Assembly: GCA_000934665.2 (NCBI GenBank)
Contig: JYFJ02002570.1
Location: 1-54,600 of the forward strand
Length of the DNA: 54,600 nt
Source of the DNA: Catajapyx aquilonaris
Taxonomy: Eukaryota
Direction: 5' to 3'
Every line of letters starts with the position of its first letter. Positions within the stretch are counted from its first letter, which is position 1. A program made the position numbers and the translations under genes. The notes under the pieces were generated by a model. The model worked only from the letters and a program-made list of their open reading frames with translations. It was not told the DNA's origin and searched no databases. This document shows positions 13,301 through 27,685 of the stretch, in pieces.

Positions 13301-15206
13301 GTCAGTATCACTGAATGTATTCATCGAGCCAGCCCACCTTTTCCTCGCACTCATGTATACTGTATGAATCCTCGATTCTCACATTCATTACTGTAATTAA
13401 CAAAAACATGGTGTAATGATAGGAGACCCATAACCCATTGCACCATCAGTGTAGGCTAATCTAAATTCAGTTTAGCATACAATATAGGAATATGTGTGTG
13501 CCTGCAATCGGAATCGCTCAAACTGTGCCATTTTTGATTGGATGCAAACGTCATGGAAGTCAATGACTCGACCCAGCCTTGACATAGCTTATCTGGCTAC
13601 CCATACCTATCACGGCAACATATTATACACCGGCTACTTTCCAATTTCCAATGAACTCAAGTTGGCAAGCAGATAGGCCTATATACTATAGTACCGACCG
13701 TTTGTTGACTCTAGAATGATATAAGATCGTAAGACCTGTACGCCTACGTGGCATATATCACCACACCTTCGTCTGGAGATAACCCAATGTCCAAATTGAC
13801 CTTTGATTACTCAATGTAATGCTGAACATGTATTCCCAGTGCAACGTGATTCTGCCGTATAGCCCTGGAATTTTTTGTGTGTGCCTTTGGAAAAGAGCTT
13901 TTGTGTGTCAGCGGAAGGGTCTTGGGTGGAGTTATTTTTTATGCCCCTTTTTTCTATCCGGGAGTGGCCGGCAATTTTGGCAATCTATGTACGATTTTTG
14001 TGAGGAAGATGGCCGGGCTTGGCGTGGGCGGTTACAAAAGATGGGGAAGTGTGCGATTTCCCAGGACGAAGGGTCTAGCTCTATGGAGCGAGTCTGAGAC
14101 TCTGTTTTTTTGTGAGCTCCTTTTTTTTGTCTTCCTTTTGGGCTTGGCTGCTTTCGTTCCGGCCCAGGGCGGAGGGAAAAGGCGTCGTCTCCAATGGACG
14201 GAAGGAAGGTAGAGGGAGGAGGGGATGGCGGGGAGAGGGAGCCTTCCCAGCCCTTACCAGGCACCCATCTTTTCCCTTCCCCCCCACTGTCTCACACGGC
14301 CATATCTCACGCATTGTTTCCACCAGACCTTGTTCCCACATCTTTTCTAGGAGACCTTGCCCTGAACGTTCAATACTATCGACTCTATTATTGACATGTT
14401 TACGTAGGCGACGGTCAAGGAAACAGTTCATCGATACACTTAGGAATACGAGCAAAAATGCGTCAATCAACGCGGGAATGTAATCCGATATTGAAGGGTC
14501 AATTACATTTAATGTTGAGCAAATGATTTCCGTAGTTCGGGTGTAGTCGTGTCGTATTTTCTGTGGGTCGGTGAAAATGAGGCTTGGCACTGTAAGTGAG
14601 GAAGGGCGTGGGTGGGTGGGTGGGTGGGTCCTCGTGACTCAGTTTCCTGCGACCGACTCCACCCGAAGGGGCTTTAAGGTGGAGAAGCACCAAACAACAC
14701 TATTTTGTGCTCGGTTCCTCCCCACCTCCTCCCCCCTGCCCGCCAACTTCTTTCGCTCAGACCAATTAATGTGCCATTGTGCTCGGGGAGTAGTCTAAAG
14801 CAATGATTACGTCGTAAAATAGCTTGGGCTTCAGAAAATGAGTCCGAGAAAAGCGAAAATTCTTTTTGGGACCATGGGAGTGGTCGTCTCACCTGTTGGG
14901 TGGGTCCCCCCCCCCCCGCCCCCAACCTCACCCCAATCCCCCGTCACTTCTCCTTCCTCCCCCTCTTGTAAAATTCCCCCCAAGGCTCTTTTGGTCACAT
15001 CACACCTGCCTTTTGCCAGGTAATGATCCGGCCAATACAAGAGTTACGGTAGTAATCGTCGGATAAACTTGGAGTTAAACATTGCGTAACGCCAACATAG
15101 TGATAGTGTCATTCGATGAAAACTGACTTGGTCAGATTAATCCAAAAGTTAGTTATCTCAGTATTTTATTGAAGCATACTCACTGTTATTTACCAATAAT
15201 GAGTAC

Positions 15207-15218
15207 ATTATTATTATT

Positions 15219-15295
<77 letters not shown>
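15207..15295. repeat. (ATT)n microsatellite with ATC interruptions
   Basis: Direct reading. Confidence 0.95.
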
Positions 15296-18200
15296 GAAAC
15301 GAGGGGCGTGCAGTGTTGTGCAATAGGTCCTGAAGCTAGAAGTGTGAAGTGGAACAAATCTAAGCCATGACGAGAAGGCGTGTTGTCGTAGTGAGCCTAG
15401 AAGTGTAATTATCTTATCCCCTACCATCCCGGGAGATATGAGGGTAAGTAAGGGGAGGGAGAGGGAGTAAGGGAAGGGGATGGGTGGGAGAGAGGGAGGG
15501 AGAGGCAACTTGCAATCTAATTAATGAAGACGGCGGAATGGATGGCAATTACACGGCCCGATGTGTAATTGATTAAATTAGTGGGTCTGCGGCTGTGGGG
15601 TGGGGGTGGGGGGATCCATCCGAAGAGGAGGATGCCTTATCCCTTTATGTCCAAGTTTGGACAAGGAGATTGGATGTGTGGGGGAGGTACATAATGTGAT
15701 TGGAGAATGGAGTGATTGCTCGTTGGATCGGGTTAGGCCAGCTAGACTATAGTATACTCGCCTAGAGCCCTAGACCTTCAGTGCAACTTTTCAGTCCATA
15801 TGCACTGATTCTTCTTTATACGTAGAGCACATAAATGAAAAGGCGATATATGTAGAGGCCCGCATAAATTGCCAGGATTTGCAAAGCGAAATGATTAACG
15901 AGTAGGTACTATGTTGGTATGATTTTGACCCCTTCTCCACACGGTCCCCTGTTTCAAAATTCACGTTATCCTTCCGGGCACTCCTAATCTCCTCCCTGAA
16001 CCGCTTCCTTAAAAGGCCGCTTATGCCCGGAAACACACAATGCCTGAAACACGCGAGTTGGCCATCAGGATATATCTCCACACGATGACACCCGAGGGGT
16101 GGGATTTACTTCCATTACACTATATTATATTCCCCCCCCCCCCCCTTCCTCAACAATGGTATTTGTGAACTTTTGGTAGCGATCAAAAAACGAGCTGATT
16201 GGGAATCTTCACCAGATGGCAACAGTGACACATTGACTCTTAGTGTGATCCACACGTAATGAGAACGACACACATTTCCTGGGCTGGAAAAGAAAGGGTT
16301 AAGGGTGGGGTGAAGATGAAGAAGACGAAGGGAAGAAAAAACAGTTATGGGAGGGGGTACAAAGGATGTCTTTTGTTTGAGACAAAAGGTAGTCTCCCCC
16401 CTTCCCCCTTCCCCTATCTCCACGCCTCCTTCCTTTCACGCTTTTTTGATAGGGAGCGCACTAATAAACTTTTCCACCCATGCTGGAAGGCATAAGAAGA
16501 GTTGTGGGTGCTCAGGTACCACACGAATGGGGGTGTTACAACAATTGGGCTCTCATTACTGAATGCACGGAGAGCTCAGGGCCTGGAATCCTCCGGTGCT
16601 ACAAAACATCCCATTTTCATTAATCATAGCCCAGGCCTTTTTGTGCCTCATAAAATGGGCATATCATATACGGCACTAATAAAGAACTCGGAACAAACCG
16701 CGTATAAGGGCATAAAATAGTACACCGAGCACTAAAACTTGGGCTAACATCAGTTGTCTGTTTAGAATCTCAGCTGATTCATACATCTATACGAGCATTA
16801 GAGTGCACAGCCTTGCGCTATGACTATAATTATGTTGTAGGTAAAAGTCATGTATCACGGCGATACTGTCCTGCATTTATGTGGCGCGGATTCTGTATGC
16901 ATAATGATTACATAGCAGGCTGCGTGTAATAACTGGGATTAAATTCTTGTACGATAAGCAAGTTGAGAAGATAAACATTTCATATATCCAACGATTCGCC
17001 AGTCGTAGCCGGGGATAATCGCCAGTTTATTGCCTGATTTGAAACCGGCGATCATGTTATATCATCACTGCATGCAGGGTGATTCAAACTCATTAGCTGC
17101 TAATGCTAGGTTGAATAGACATGGCCTTTTAAACCACTTCCGAAAAAGATGGGTTCAATCCTTGATTTCGGATGCTAATATGGCTTCCAAATGGGTCCTT
17201 GCCAGCAATATCTCATTGAGCAATGCAGGCCTCTGATAGAGTGCTTCCATTCAATATAATATTATCCGGTATTTTTTTGTTAGCCCCTATGATATTCTAC
17301 TAGTAAATTATGTTCGATAGTAATTGCTTAATGGATTAAGTAGTTTAGTGCTAAAATCGCCAACTGAATGAGTCGGGATCGCTCTGTATACTATAGCTGA
17401 ATCTATTCGTATTAATTTTGATATATGGCCTTTATACCGGTTTTCATAGTTTACGTAACTGTCAGCAGTCGTAATTACAAACACGTGTGAGGTGGCTTCA
17501 ACTGCTATTAAATTTTAGCATAAAATGTTAATTAGCGCATGAAGTAGGCCTAATGTTTTCCCAGGTCTTATTTTCATACTGCATATCAAGTACAGTACCC
17601 GAGTAATATATTCATGTAAGTGGCGAGATGAGACTTTTTCCTGGTCCAATCGACGTCCGATGATAGTAGGCTTAGGCAAAAAAAGAAGAAAGAAAGAAAG
17701 AAGAAGAAAAAAAAAAGCAGGAGAAGGAGAGCATCATGGGTTGGGTGGCGGGATGCAAATGCGACCGGTTAGAGCATCGCGTGTGCTGTTGCTGTTGCTG
17801 CTGTTATTGTCATTTCTCCTTTTTATGAGCGACGCTGTTAACCCGAAATGTCAAGACAGCGGCTCTTAATTTTGCATAATGGCCCCGAATTTATCACTAA
17901 TATGAAGTGGTCATGCATTAGGAGATATCGACTTATGTATACAGCCAGGGCTCGATACCATCTGACAAATGCGATTCTGCATTTGCGGTAAGCACTTGGG
18001 GGCTGAGGCTTTGATTAATCGCTCGGGACGTCCTTAACAAGAACTGGTTTTTTCTTGTCGACAGGACGTCACGTTTGTTTCCGCGATAAGCGGCTTCAGA
18101 TATACTCCATTTGTTCCTCCTATATTTTCTGCAGGACTGATGCTGCAAATACGCATTTATAAATACACTCGCCAATAAATTAGGCTGCTGATCAGATAAA

Positions 18201-21200
18201 ACGCATTATGTACAACTACGAATTAATTGAATAATGCAGAAAACGTAGATAACGCGGCATCTGTGCGAAATGAGCCCAAATTTTGTAGTTAATGTATCCT
18301 GCCCCCAGCCCAGATATAAAGGTGAGATAAATCTCATTAGGAGTGTCTTGAAGCAAGTCACGATTATTCACTGCGTCCGGAGGGTCCGGAATCAAGTGGG
18401 CGCAACAAGTGAAGAGTTCCCGTTTCTGGCAGCCTTGGCTGAGGAGGATTTATCGGCTGTCGATTGGGCAAGGACGATCCCCCATGAGTATCAAAAAATG
18501 GGGAGGGGAGGTGGGGGGGGGGGGAGAGAAGACTTGAAGCGGATGAAAGTTGTATATCTGAGATCTTAAAAGCAGTCCAAGTGTAAATCCCGTCCGCAGA
18601 ACGGCGCTGCCAACTCTTTCATTCCCGACCCCATAAATCTAGACAGGGTGTATCAACATAGGGAGTGTAAATCCACAGGGGGTTCCCGAGATTCGCGGGG
18701 GACTGTGGGGCGTGCGCCATGCGTGACGTCACGGGACCGATTTTCGGAACATTATGAATCTGGTCTTGGGTTAGTGGCCTCCCTCTTGGGTCATGCGATT
18801 TCTTCTGGAGGAGGATTGAGGGCAAGCCGCAGAGCAAATGGGGGGTTGGGGAGGTTGAGAGAGGTCAGTGGGAGCGGTCACCACTCTGAGGGTCGTGAGG
18901 TCAGCTGAGGAAAAATTGGGCTCGGGGGCAATTGTGGTTAGGAGCTTCCGGGACATGTTTAAAAAAAATATCGTGATGACCCCACCACCTTCCCACGGGC
19001 CAGGTAGTGCCTGAAGCCTTCAATTTGTCCAAAAATAGCATTGCATACAGTGCAGTTTGCACATATTATAGTACAGTCTACAGAGAGAGAGAGAGACACC
19101 ACCTTTCTCTGATGACAGGTCTGAATGAATCCGAAGGTTGAAAATGCGCACGATTTTTGGGCAGTATGTATAGAGAAAGTGAGGATGGGATATGTCGAGT
19201 TGGAGTTGAACTAGTTGCTCCCTGCAGTTGGCCTCCCAGGTGGAAGTGCATATCTACACGTTGTCGACTGTCAACAAAAGTGGGCCGATAGCATCAGATG
19301 TGGCAGCCACACCTCTCTTTGGGAGAGAGAGGAATGGGCACCATGTTGAGTGGGCGTAAATCGCAGCCCAATTTGCCGCTTTATGTCATGGCGTTGTGCT
19401 CCAATTAGGGCTCGGCTTGACCCTCACGCTGAGACATTTAAATGTGAGTTATTCGTCAGGGACGTCTCGAAAATTTGAGCACCCATTCCAGTTACGTTTT
19501 TAAGTGCGCTGACCGATTATACCCTATATACGTAATAGCGTAAATATCGGAGTCATTCAGTAGACCGTTAGATAAGCGTGTTAGATATACATGTATGCAA
19601 AAATTATCATTATTCAGGAGCGACGGTCGCTTCAGTGCATGTTTTGTTGATAAATTGGCGGGAAGAAATCCTGATTGAATATTGTTCAAGTCCAGTATGG
19701 TTGGAATATTTTTGTTGTTGTTTTCTGGTGGATGAGTGGAAAAGTGCCAGGAGCAAGTAGAAGCAGGTGACCTTTGCAAGGCAGATGGGCAGAGCAGGCC
19801 AATTTGTCCGGGCGGAGTGGGCGAAAATGCCCAGCGATTTAGATAAAAGACACGAAGAAGCACGTTTCTTCTCGTGTTTTTTTTTCTTTTACTTTTTTTT
19901 TTTTGCGAGACAGGCAATGGGCCCATTTCCTAGCCCTATTGTAGTCAGGGATGCGTTCCTTTATGTAGGCGTGTTTGTGAGAGGTGGGTGAAAAAGTGAA
20001 GAAGGTATGTGTGGTGGGAGTGGAAGGTGGGGTATTTGTCAGCTAGTCCTCCTTGGCTTCTTCGGGGTCTCCTTTCTCTCCTGGATGGAAAACCTCGCCT
20101 TGGATGTGCACATGCCCTTTCTCACACGAGTCTCCCGAGGAAGATTTGGGCAAGCCTTTCACATCCAGCAGGGGCGTGGTACACGCCCCTCCCCATCCCA
20201 AATACCCACCACCCCCACCTCCCTTCTCTTAATTCCACCAGTTTTCCCACGATGTCCACCTCTCACTTAGCATCCCGATCAGGAGGGATCAGCATTGCCT
20301 TTCGCATTGCAATTAGCCTCGTTTCACCCGGAGTGAAAGCCAATGACAATATTGGCCAGAATAATTAAAAGTCGGAATAATCCCAAACAACAACAACAAC
20401 AACAAATTGTCAAGGTTGGGCTGCTAATAAATTACCGAGTCGGCGGAGCTAATTATTGCGGTGGGTGTCTCTCCTGCTGACTCGGATTTTGCTCTCAGGA
20501 GGGTCATTTATTCACTGCGACCCCCGCTGACCCGGTGGGTGCCCCCCTTCATCTCAATCCATCTCTCTTTCCTTCCTCGTTTTGAGGGCCGTGAATCATC
20601 CGGGCCATGGCTGCCGACCCTTCTGACCTCTACCGCCAAGAAGCTATGGAAATTGGGCGAATGGGGAAGGTTACCGCCTGCACACGGTTGCTAGACAAAT
20701 CGCCCTTGGAGGTGACCAAAAAAAGAAACAACCCGTCACACACTGCCTACTGCCAGGGGAGAAAAAGAACAATAATCGGAATCGCGAAAATCGTAACCGG
20801 AGCATCCAGTTTGCCTTGGAACCACGTTTTACTAGCTATGTGCATCCGTTTCATACCAGTACGGTTTACCTTCTCATTTGCCAAAAACACACCGTCCCAA
20901 TTCACCCCTGGCACTTCGGATGCGACCAGAGATTCGCAAGACCCACGCGCCCTAACAGTACCCCCCCGCCTGTGTCCGAATTAGAGGCACCACATCAGTC
21001 CTTTGTTCCTATTCATGAGAACCAGATGGAGCCAGACCTCAAAGAAAAAAAAAAAGTAATATTGCGGGAGCTGACGGCAAATACAAATGAGTCGGGCGTG
21101 TAGCCCAGGGTGCTGCCGGATTGCCGCCATTTGTCTGCCGGTTTTACTCGCGTCAAAGCCGGAAAGAAGCGCGGGTCACACATTCTCCAGCATCTCCTTC

Positions 21201-22374
21201 GAGTCCGTCGGGGCCCCCCTGCAATTGCACCCACTTGTTAATCAATTGGTTAATTGAAGTCGTTGTGCCCATTGGGAGAGGAGGGCCCTCGGGACATTGT
21301 TCCTCTCACGCCTATTAATTACCGTTCCGGGACCAATCCAAATCAAGCGAGTATTTTATCACCACGTGTAATTTGGAGCGTCAAAAGCGATTGGGTGCAT
21401 GCTGGACATTAAGGAGAAGAGAGCCCCCGGAACCTGCTGAATAATTCTGTGTAATGAGTGACCGTGACGTCAACCGTAGCTTCCTTGTCACGTCAGGATA
21501 GTTTCTTACCGTTTTTATTCTGTCATCCTCTTATATCACCGTCACTATTTTTTTCACCCGTGTCATGGATGCAAGGAGCCACCTGTATTTATAACACAAT
21601 TTTACGGTGTAAATCTGTTGCATCTCATGTATGATGTATATTGTATCTGTATTATTTATCAAAGGAACATTGAAGTATCCTTATGCAGCACTCCACGTCG
21701 TATTTGGCTAATTGCAGAACCACTAACTTCATTGTACATTACGATGAAGCGATAAGACCCGTAACGTGGCCTCTACCAAAGTGACTAATTAGGGACTGTC
21801 AATGGGAGGTGATAGTAGTTTGGTGGAAAGCAAAAATGGTTAATGGAGGCCGTTGTTGGGGGGACAAGTGGTGTTTAATTCCCGAGGCTGGCTTGGCGGT
21901 GAAATTCCTCCACGAAGATGCGCCGCAACAACAACAGGCCCACATCCCAAAGAGAGTTAGGAAAAAAAGAAGAAAGAAGTGAAACAAAAAAAGGAGGGTG
22001 AAGAGGTGGGGTCCATGCGACTAATCCTGCAAAACCAGCCAACACCAATATTCATCCACGTTTTTCCACCATCTTCGTGTCTGGCAGGATTTCGTGACTG
22101 GTCAGCTGGAAGTGGCTGGTTCCAGGCTTCTGGAAGAGCTTCTAGTGGGAAGAATGCCCACTGGCGACTTGCGAATCTCAGGAAATATAGGTTACTTCGC
22201 ATTTCACCTCCAGTCGTGGGTTAAATTTGTCAAGTCTGCTTCACGCTGGATTTCAACATCGGGACGATATTAGAGAGCGCATTGTTGTTGACTGGGTCAT
22301 GTGCGGTGATTTTCTTAAAAATATCCGATAGCGTTCAGCATGCGGGAAAACCTGTTAGGTAAGCTGACATATAG

Positions 22375-22555
22375 AGCCGAGGATGTCATCTGACATGTGC
22401 TGCAAGGAACGAGTTGATTTTACTTTCTGTGCAAATTCACCCCTACCACCACCTCCTCGTCGAGCAGGAGGAGGAGGGAGGAGAGCACCGCCTTCATTTG
22501 CTGCCTCCCTAAATGGTTTCATACCAGACAAATTAGACCGCACACGTTCTCATAC
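22375..22555 (+). CDS. Candidate internal KLF exon (EPRMSSDMCCKERVDFTFCANSPLPPPPRRAGGGGRRAPPSFAASLNGFIPDKLDRTRSHT)
   Basis: Open frame ending at AC|GTAAGT (phase 2). The phase-1 acceptor atatag| bridges the 13300 donor and the phase-2 acceptor at 44769, but lacks a pyrimidine tract. Confidence 0.45.
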
Positions 22556-25500
22556 GTAAGTGGCACTTGCAATTTAGTCACTGTAACTCATGCCTCTAAT
22601 TACCAGCTTCTCTGGACCAACACTACATCATTTGGGATACACACATTGCATAAATGTGGGCGCCAGTTTAAGCCGTGTAATAATCCAAATTAGTTATTGC
22701 TTGCTTGTACTGCTAATGAAGTGGAAAATGATTGGCCCTGGCGCTAATAATCAAGCGGAAAATCAGGGATGAATGTGTGAATGGCTGCGAAACCAGGTCA
22801 GGTGCCCACTTCCTCAGATCATTTGAAGGTGTGACATATAAATCTTGTTTCTTGTTGCGCGCACCCCCCCCCCCCCGAACACCTCTGACAGGGGTGCCTA
22901 CACGGGCTTTTTGCGCATAATAGAGATCTTCCCGGGCGGGAGTAGTAGGTAGTCGACCTTAGAATGGTAATCCAGTTGGGCCGATTGCGATCAGGTCTTT
23001 TGCACCGAGTCGTCGGTTGACTTTGGGCCTGCGATTTATGGCCCTTGGCGCGCGTACCCTTTCTCTCTATTTGTTCCTCTTTTTGTTTTATCCGCGGCTC
23101 TATCTGAGCCTATATCTCTGAGGGAGAGTCAAATAATATGATGCCAGCAGATGAGAGTACGAACTGGGTGGGCCAGTGCGCTCTCCTGACCCACTAGTGC
23201 CCTCGACTGGGGTCGAAATCGTGCCGGCAGTCTCTTGCACGCCAGGCACCGGTCAACCTCGGGTCACATGAGGGGGGCCGCCAAACCTGACTCGCAAGGC
23301 TCGGGTCAAATTGGGCCAGGAAGTGGGTCGGGCCGGATGATGGGGGGAAGGGACTTCTTTGACACCTGCAAGGTGACGTCGGCATTATTATTATTTTTTT
23401 CCAGTTTTAAATGGAGAACGAGCCTAAAATTTTATTTTATTGAAAATCGCAGTGTGACGACTTTCCGGTACTCTAAAATGCCAAGCAAGGTTGTGTATTA
23501 ATCATGCTCATGTTTAATCCGATTTTTTCTGCCTGGTTTATTATCACAGGGAGGTTATAAGACAGTATGGGAAAATCTCATGCCAGTAAAAAAAGGTCCT
23601 TCGTTCTATTTCTAATTTAAAAAGGCAACGCGAAGGTCAGCAGCTACGTACAATTTTGGCGAAAAATTGCGCGGGTCTTATTGATAGCATACGTGTATAA
23701 TCCATCAAATGTATAAGCCGGACCTTGCCGAAGAAACGTACTATGCTGGAGGAGTTGAACCCCCTGGCGAATACAGGGCTTCGTTCCGTGGCAGTGCATT
23801 CGGAAACAAGGACGTGAATGCACGACTCCGATTGTTACGGATCCGTCTGTTACCGGCCCCGAGATTCAATTAGCGAGGGGTTGCTTCCGGTTGTTAATGG
23901 TCTGCGGTGGGAATTGGGCGTTTGGCAGCTTCCTGGAGAGCACCTTACGCCTCCGTGACCCATGCCCTACAGACCTCGGCAGATTGCCGGCTGATAACAT
24001 ACACTCATACCAAAGAATTTTGCGCCAATTGAATCGAGCTTAATGGAAGGGTTTGTGCTATGGCCAACACAAAGAGCCAAACACCTCCAGGGTGCGTTAG
24101 CAAACTCTTCGTATGTTGCAACAATACCCCTTAATTTTACGAATCTGATCTCAGCTAGAAAAATGTCGCGATAATTTACGACCTGTAGCAATATTTGTTT
24201 TTGCTAAAACCATTAAAATAACAGAAATGTTCAGTCGGGTGTGTTTTGTCATTGTCTTCATGTACTGTACCTTATATAGGTGTGCTCAATAGACCCTATA
24301 CTTGGCAAACGGAAGTATGGTCCCTGCGTGATGTCATGAACGTCTTGCAATTACATATGAAGATTGAACCGCATTCTACAATTAAATCGAGGAGGGTTCG
24401 GAAGGGTGGGAAATGACGTGTTGCAATTCCCATGGCAGCTTGGTAGCTGCAATTCTAATTGCTGCTACTTTATGTCGCTGCGAAGACGGATCCAAGGTTG
24501 CGTTACCCCACACCGTGAGAAAGAAACTTACCCAACATTGCTCATATTTTAAATTTGTCATTCGATTGCAATCAAAAAGTTGCCCTGACGCCCAACATGG
24601 CCGCTGTTGCCTTCATCTGGGCCTCAGTTTTTGCCCCAAACTGACCCATAATCACACCGGGCCTGTATTTTATCAATTTAATTATGGCGATTAATATTGA
24701 GGACAGCGTAATGAAACTCGTTTTTCGTCGTTTGCCTTATCTCTTGGTGTAATTTTTGGGCAAAACGGCCCGAACCACCACCCCTCTCTGGAGCAATTAA
24801 CCATACATCATGCTCCAAGATTAACACTAAGCGTTTCCTCGCCTGGAATTTTAATGCACATTCTTGGGCGGAAAGTAGAAGGATCGATTATGACCAGTCT
24901 GCTGAATTGCTTCCCCCCCCCCCNCCCCGCGCTCCGAGGGAGGAGTTTTCAAGAGAGTGTGAACTCAATTGCGAGTGTCAGTGTTAAACTGTTTTCAGTA
25001 TGACAACACTGCAAAAAAAAGACACAAAAAAAGCCCAGTAGCCGATCTTTTGCCGCCTACCGAGATTTATAAATCCTTTGCGTGCTTAGCTTGTATCGGG
25101 CTGCCAGATTGCTGATTGTGTACGTGAAACCCTTATCTTCATTTATTATCCCACCCCCTCGGCATCCCTCCCAACTCAATATAACTATGGGACTAATGAA
25201 GGCCACTTTTGTGATGTCACTAAACCATTAACAGCTACTTGGTCACAATAGAATGCACTCCGGCATGCATCCAATTCTGCGTTTTTTATTCCGACCTCCA
25301 CGTATGAAATGACTGATATAGGTTACTCATTGTAATACAGAAAGACCTAACTTGATTACGAATCGAATAGGAGATTAACAATGTTGGATTCAAATATACG
25401 TATGCATCTTAAAATTCATGTGGGTGTCAAACTATGTATTACACAATAATCTATATGGCAAGAAAAACAGCTCATTTCATTCTATTGATACAAAAAATGA

Positions 25501-27685
25501 GTAGACTACTAAAATAATTTTTAGCAGTGAATATGCTGATAGGTATTGCGAAATTAAAATCACGGAGAGTATGTCCGAGTACAATCTGTATATATTTGGC
25601 GGCGAGTTCATCCGAAATTGGCATCCAATTTGGTACCTGCTTGTAAGGCAGGGTCATGTTGAAGTGATGTAGAGTTACGATCTGGGCTCAGGTAATTGTT
25701 TTCATTAGCACGAAAGAAAGGGAAATATTATTTCAGTTGCTCGGCAGGGGAAGGTGAGGCCGTAAATTTAGCTGCCACAATCGGAGAAGGTGTCACCCAC
25801 GCTAACTGCTTACATAACAAAAAAAAAACAAGAGGTGTAAGGAGACCGAAGGAATAAAAATGGATGCCACTCCATTCTTGGAGGAGGGAGCCAGTAATTA
25901 ATTTGGAGGGAGCCACTCAAATCTGATTGCAATAATAAGCGGTCCCCCAATCACGCGTCCCAGATGGATTTAGTAAGCTCCTTTTTAGGTTAATGAAGGT
26001 GGATGCTGATTGGCTTGTTAACGAAGCGGGACCGGAATGCTAATCCGGAAGGAGGAATCCGGAGATGGGGCAGCCAGGTGTGGGGGGGTGTTCGGTTGGC
26101 AGGCTCCACAAATCTCTGTCTCTGTGGGTGGGCACACTTGTCCCCTCATGACCTGCATGCGCAATGGCCAACCTCCTCACCCTGTGACCCTCTACCGAGA
26201 CCTGCGCATGTCGTCACGCAGGCCTCGGATATAATGTACCTGCACACATTTGCTATTTGATTGCCTCCAACAGGTATGTGCACCGACCCTTCATCAAGGT
26301 GGGAATCACCAGCTGCCACATTCGAAGCTCGTGTTAACATTTGTAGGAGGCGGAAAAATTCCTGGAATTATTCGGCAACTCGAAAATGCAAGGTGCTCAC
26401 AGGGTGCTTCGCAACGTCTCAGACAAACACCGAGGGCGAGGCCGTCGGCACCGCGTGGTCACATCAGCAAGGATGCCCTTTAGCATTCGCACGCTACTTA
26501 ATGAGACGATTAGATTTAGTGCAACAGATCATGACCATTTGCGTTGAGACAGGCGGTCCTTCGTTGGCTCCACAAGTACATTTGCGATGCTGCGCATATT
26601 GGAGGAAATGCAGAAGGACTCAGACGTACGTAGTTCCGGCATACGTAGCTCCGAACTTGCTTAAAAAAACAAACTGGTAACAAAACGATATTCCGAAACC
26701 ACAACACTTGGGCCGGGTGTGGGATCCCGGACCTGGTGACAATTGATAACATGCAGATTGGCAAAGCCACAGTTGGCCTGCGACAGATATAAGATGGACA
26801 GCAGTAATGGTGCTGGTCATGCCAAAGTGACATAGACTCACCACTACAAATGGTTGTTTGGTTGGGGAGGCAAGGCAATTACGGCTATCTGGCATAGGGT
26901 AAAGTGAGATTGTTATGCGAGAGGAAACGGAAGAACACCGAGAAAATCCGAGTGAACATGGAGAGAACCTGTCGAAACTACAGTAAGTTATTTCCATATA
27001 TGAGAAGTGTTCTCTGTCCGCCACCCGGAGATCGAACTCTAACCACTATATACTACCGTGCACTGACAAATGGCGCCGAAACCCGGCACAAGTATTGTGC
27101 TTTCGGAACAACTTATACAGTACCGGTATATCATAAAAAAACATGGCTCCGAGTGACGTAAAAATCGACTTACGCTAGGGTTGTGGGACTTTATGTAATT
27201 TAATCTTAGGAGTGTTAGGAGCATTTGGAATACATGTCTAGAATGAGAACCGTTACAAAACACATTACACCTACTATACCAGACGTTGGAAGAACCTAAT
27301 TCTGAAAGATGGTGTAATAGCTTGACTTCTTCAGTGATGCATAACGAAATACTTCCATTGTGATTTCGTAATTTTGATCACTGGAGCAAGATGAAGAAGA
27401 ACATCACTATGGATGAAGAGCGAACCTGAGCCTATAAACGACACGATCGGTTTAGTCGAGTGTCTTATCTCTTATGGCGTGACTTTTCCTCCAGAAAAAG
27501 TAACAAAAACCAAAACAAAGGTGTTTATGTTTCCTCGAGATGTTGAGTACGTACGTGCATCGCCCTGTGTATGCTATAAGGGTGGAGGAAACTGGTATTT
27601 TTAATTTTATTATTTATTTTGGTATAAAGCAGACTCCGTGAGGCTAGGGTGCACCAGTGGAGGTTAGCAGATGTGCAGCCGTTAA

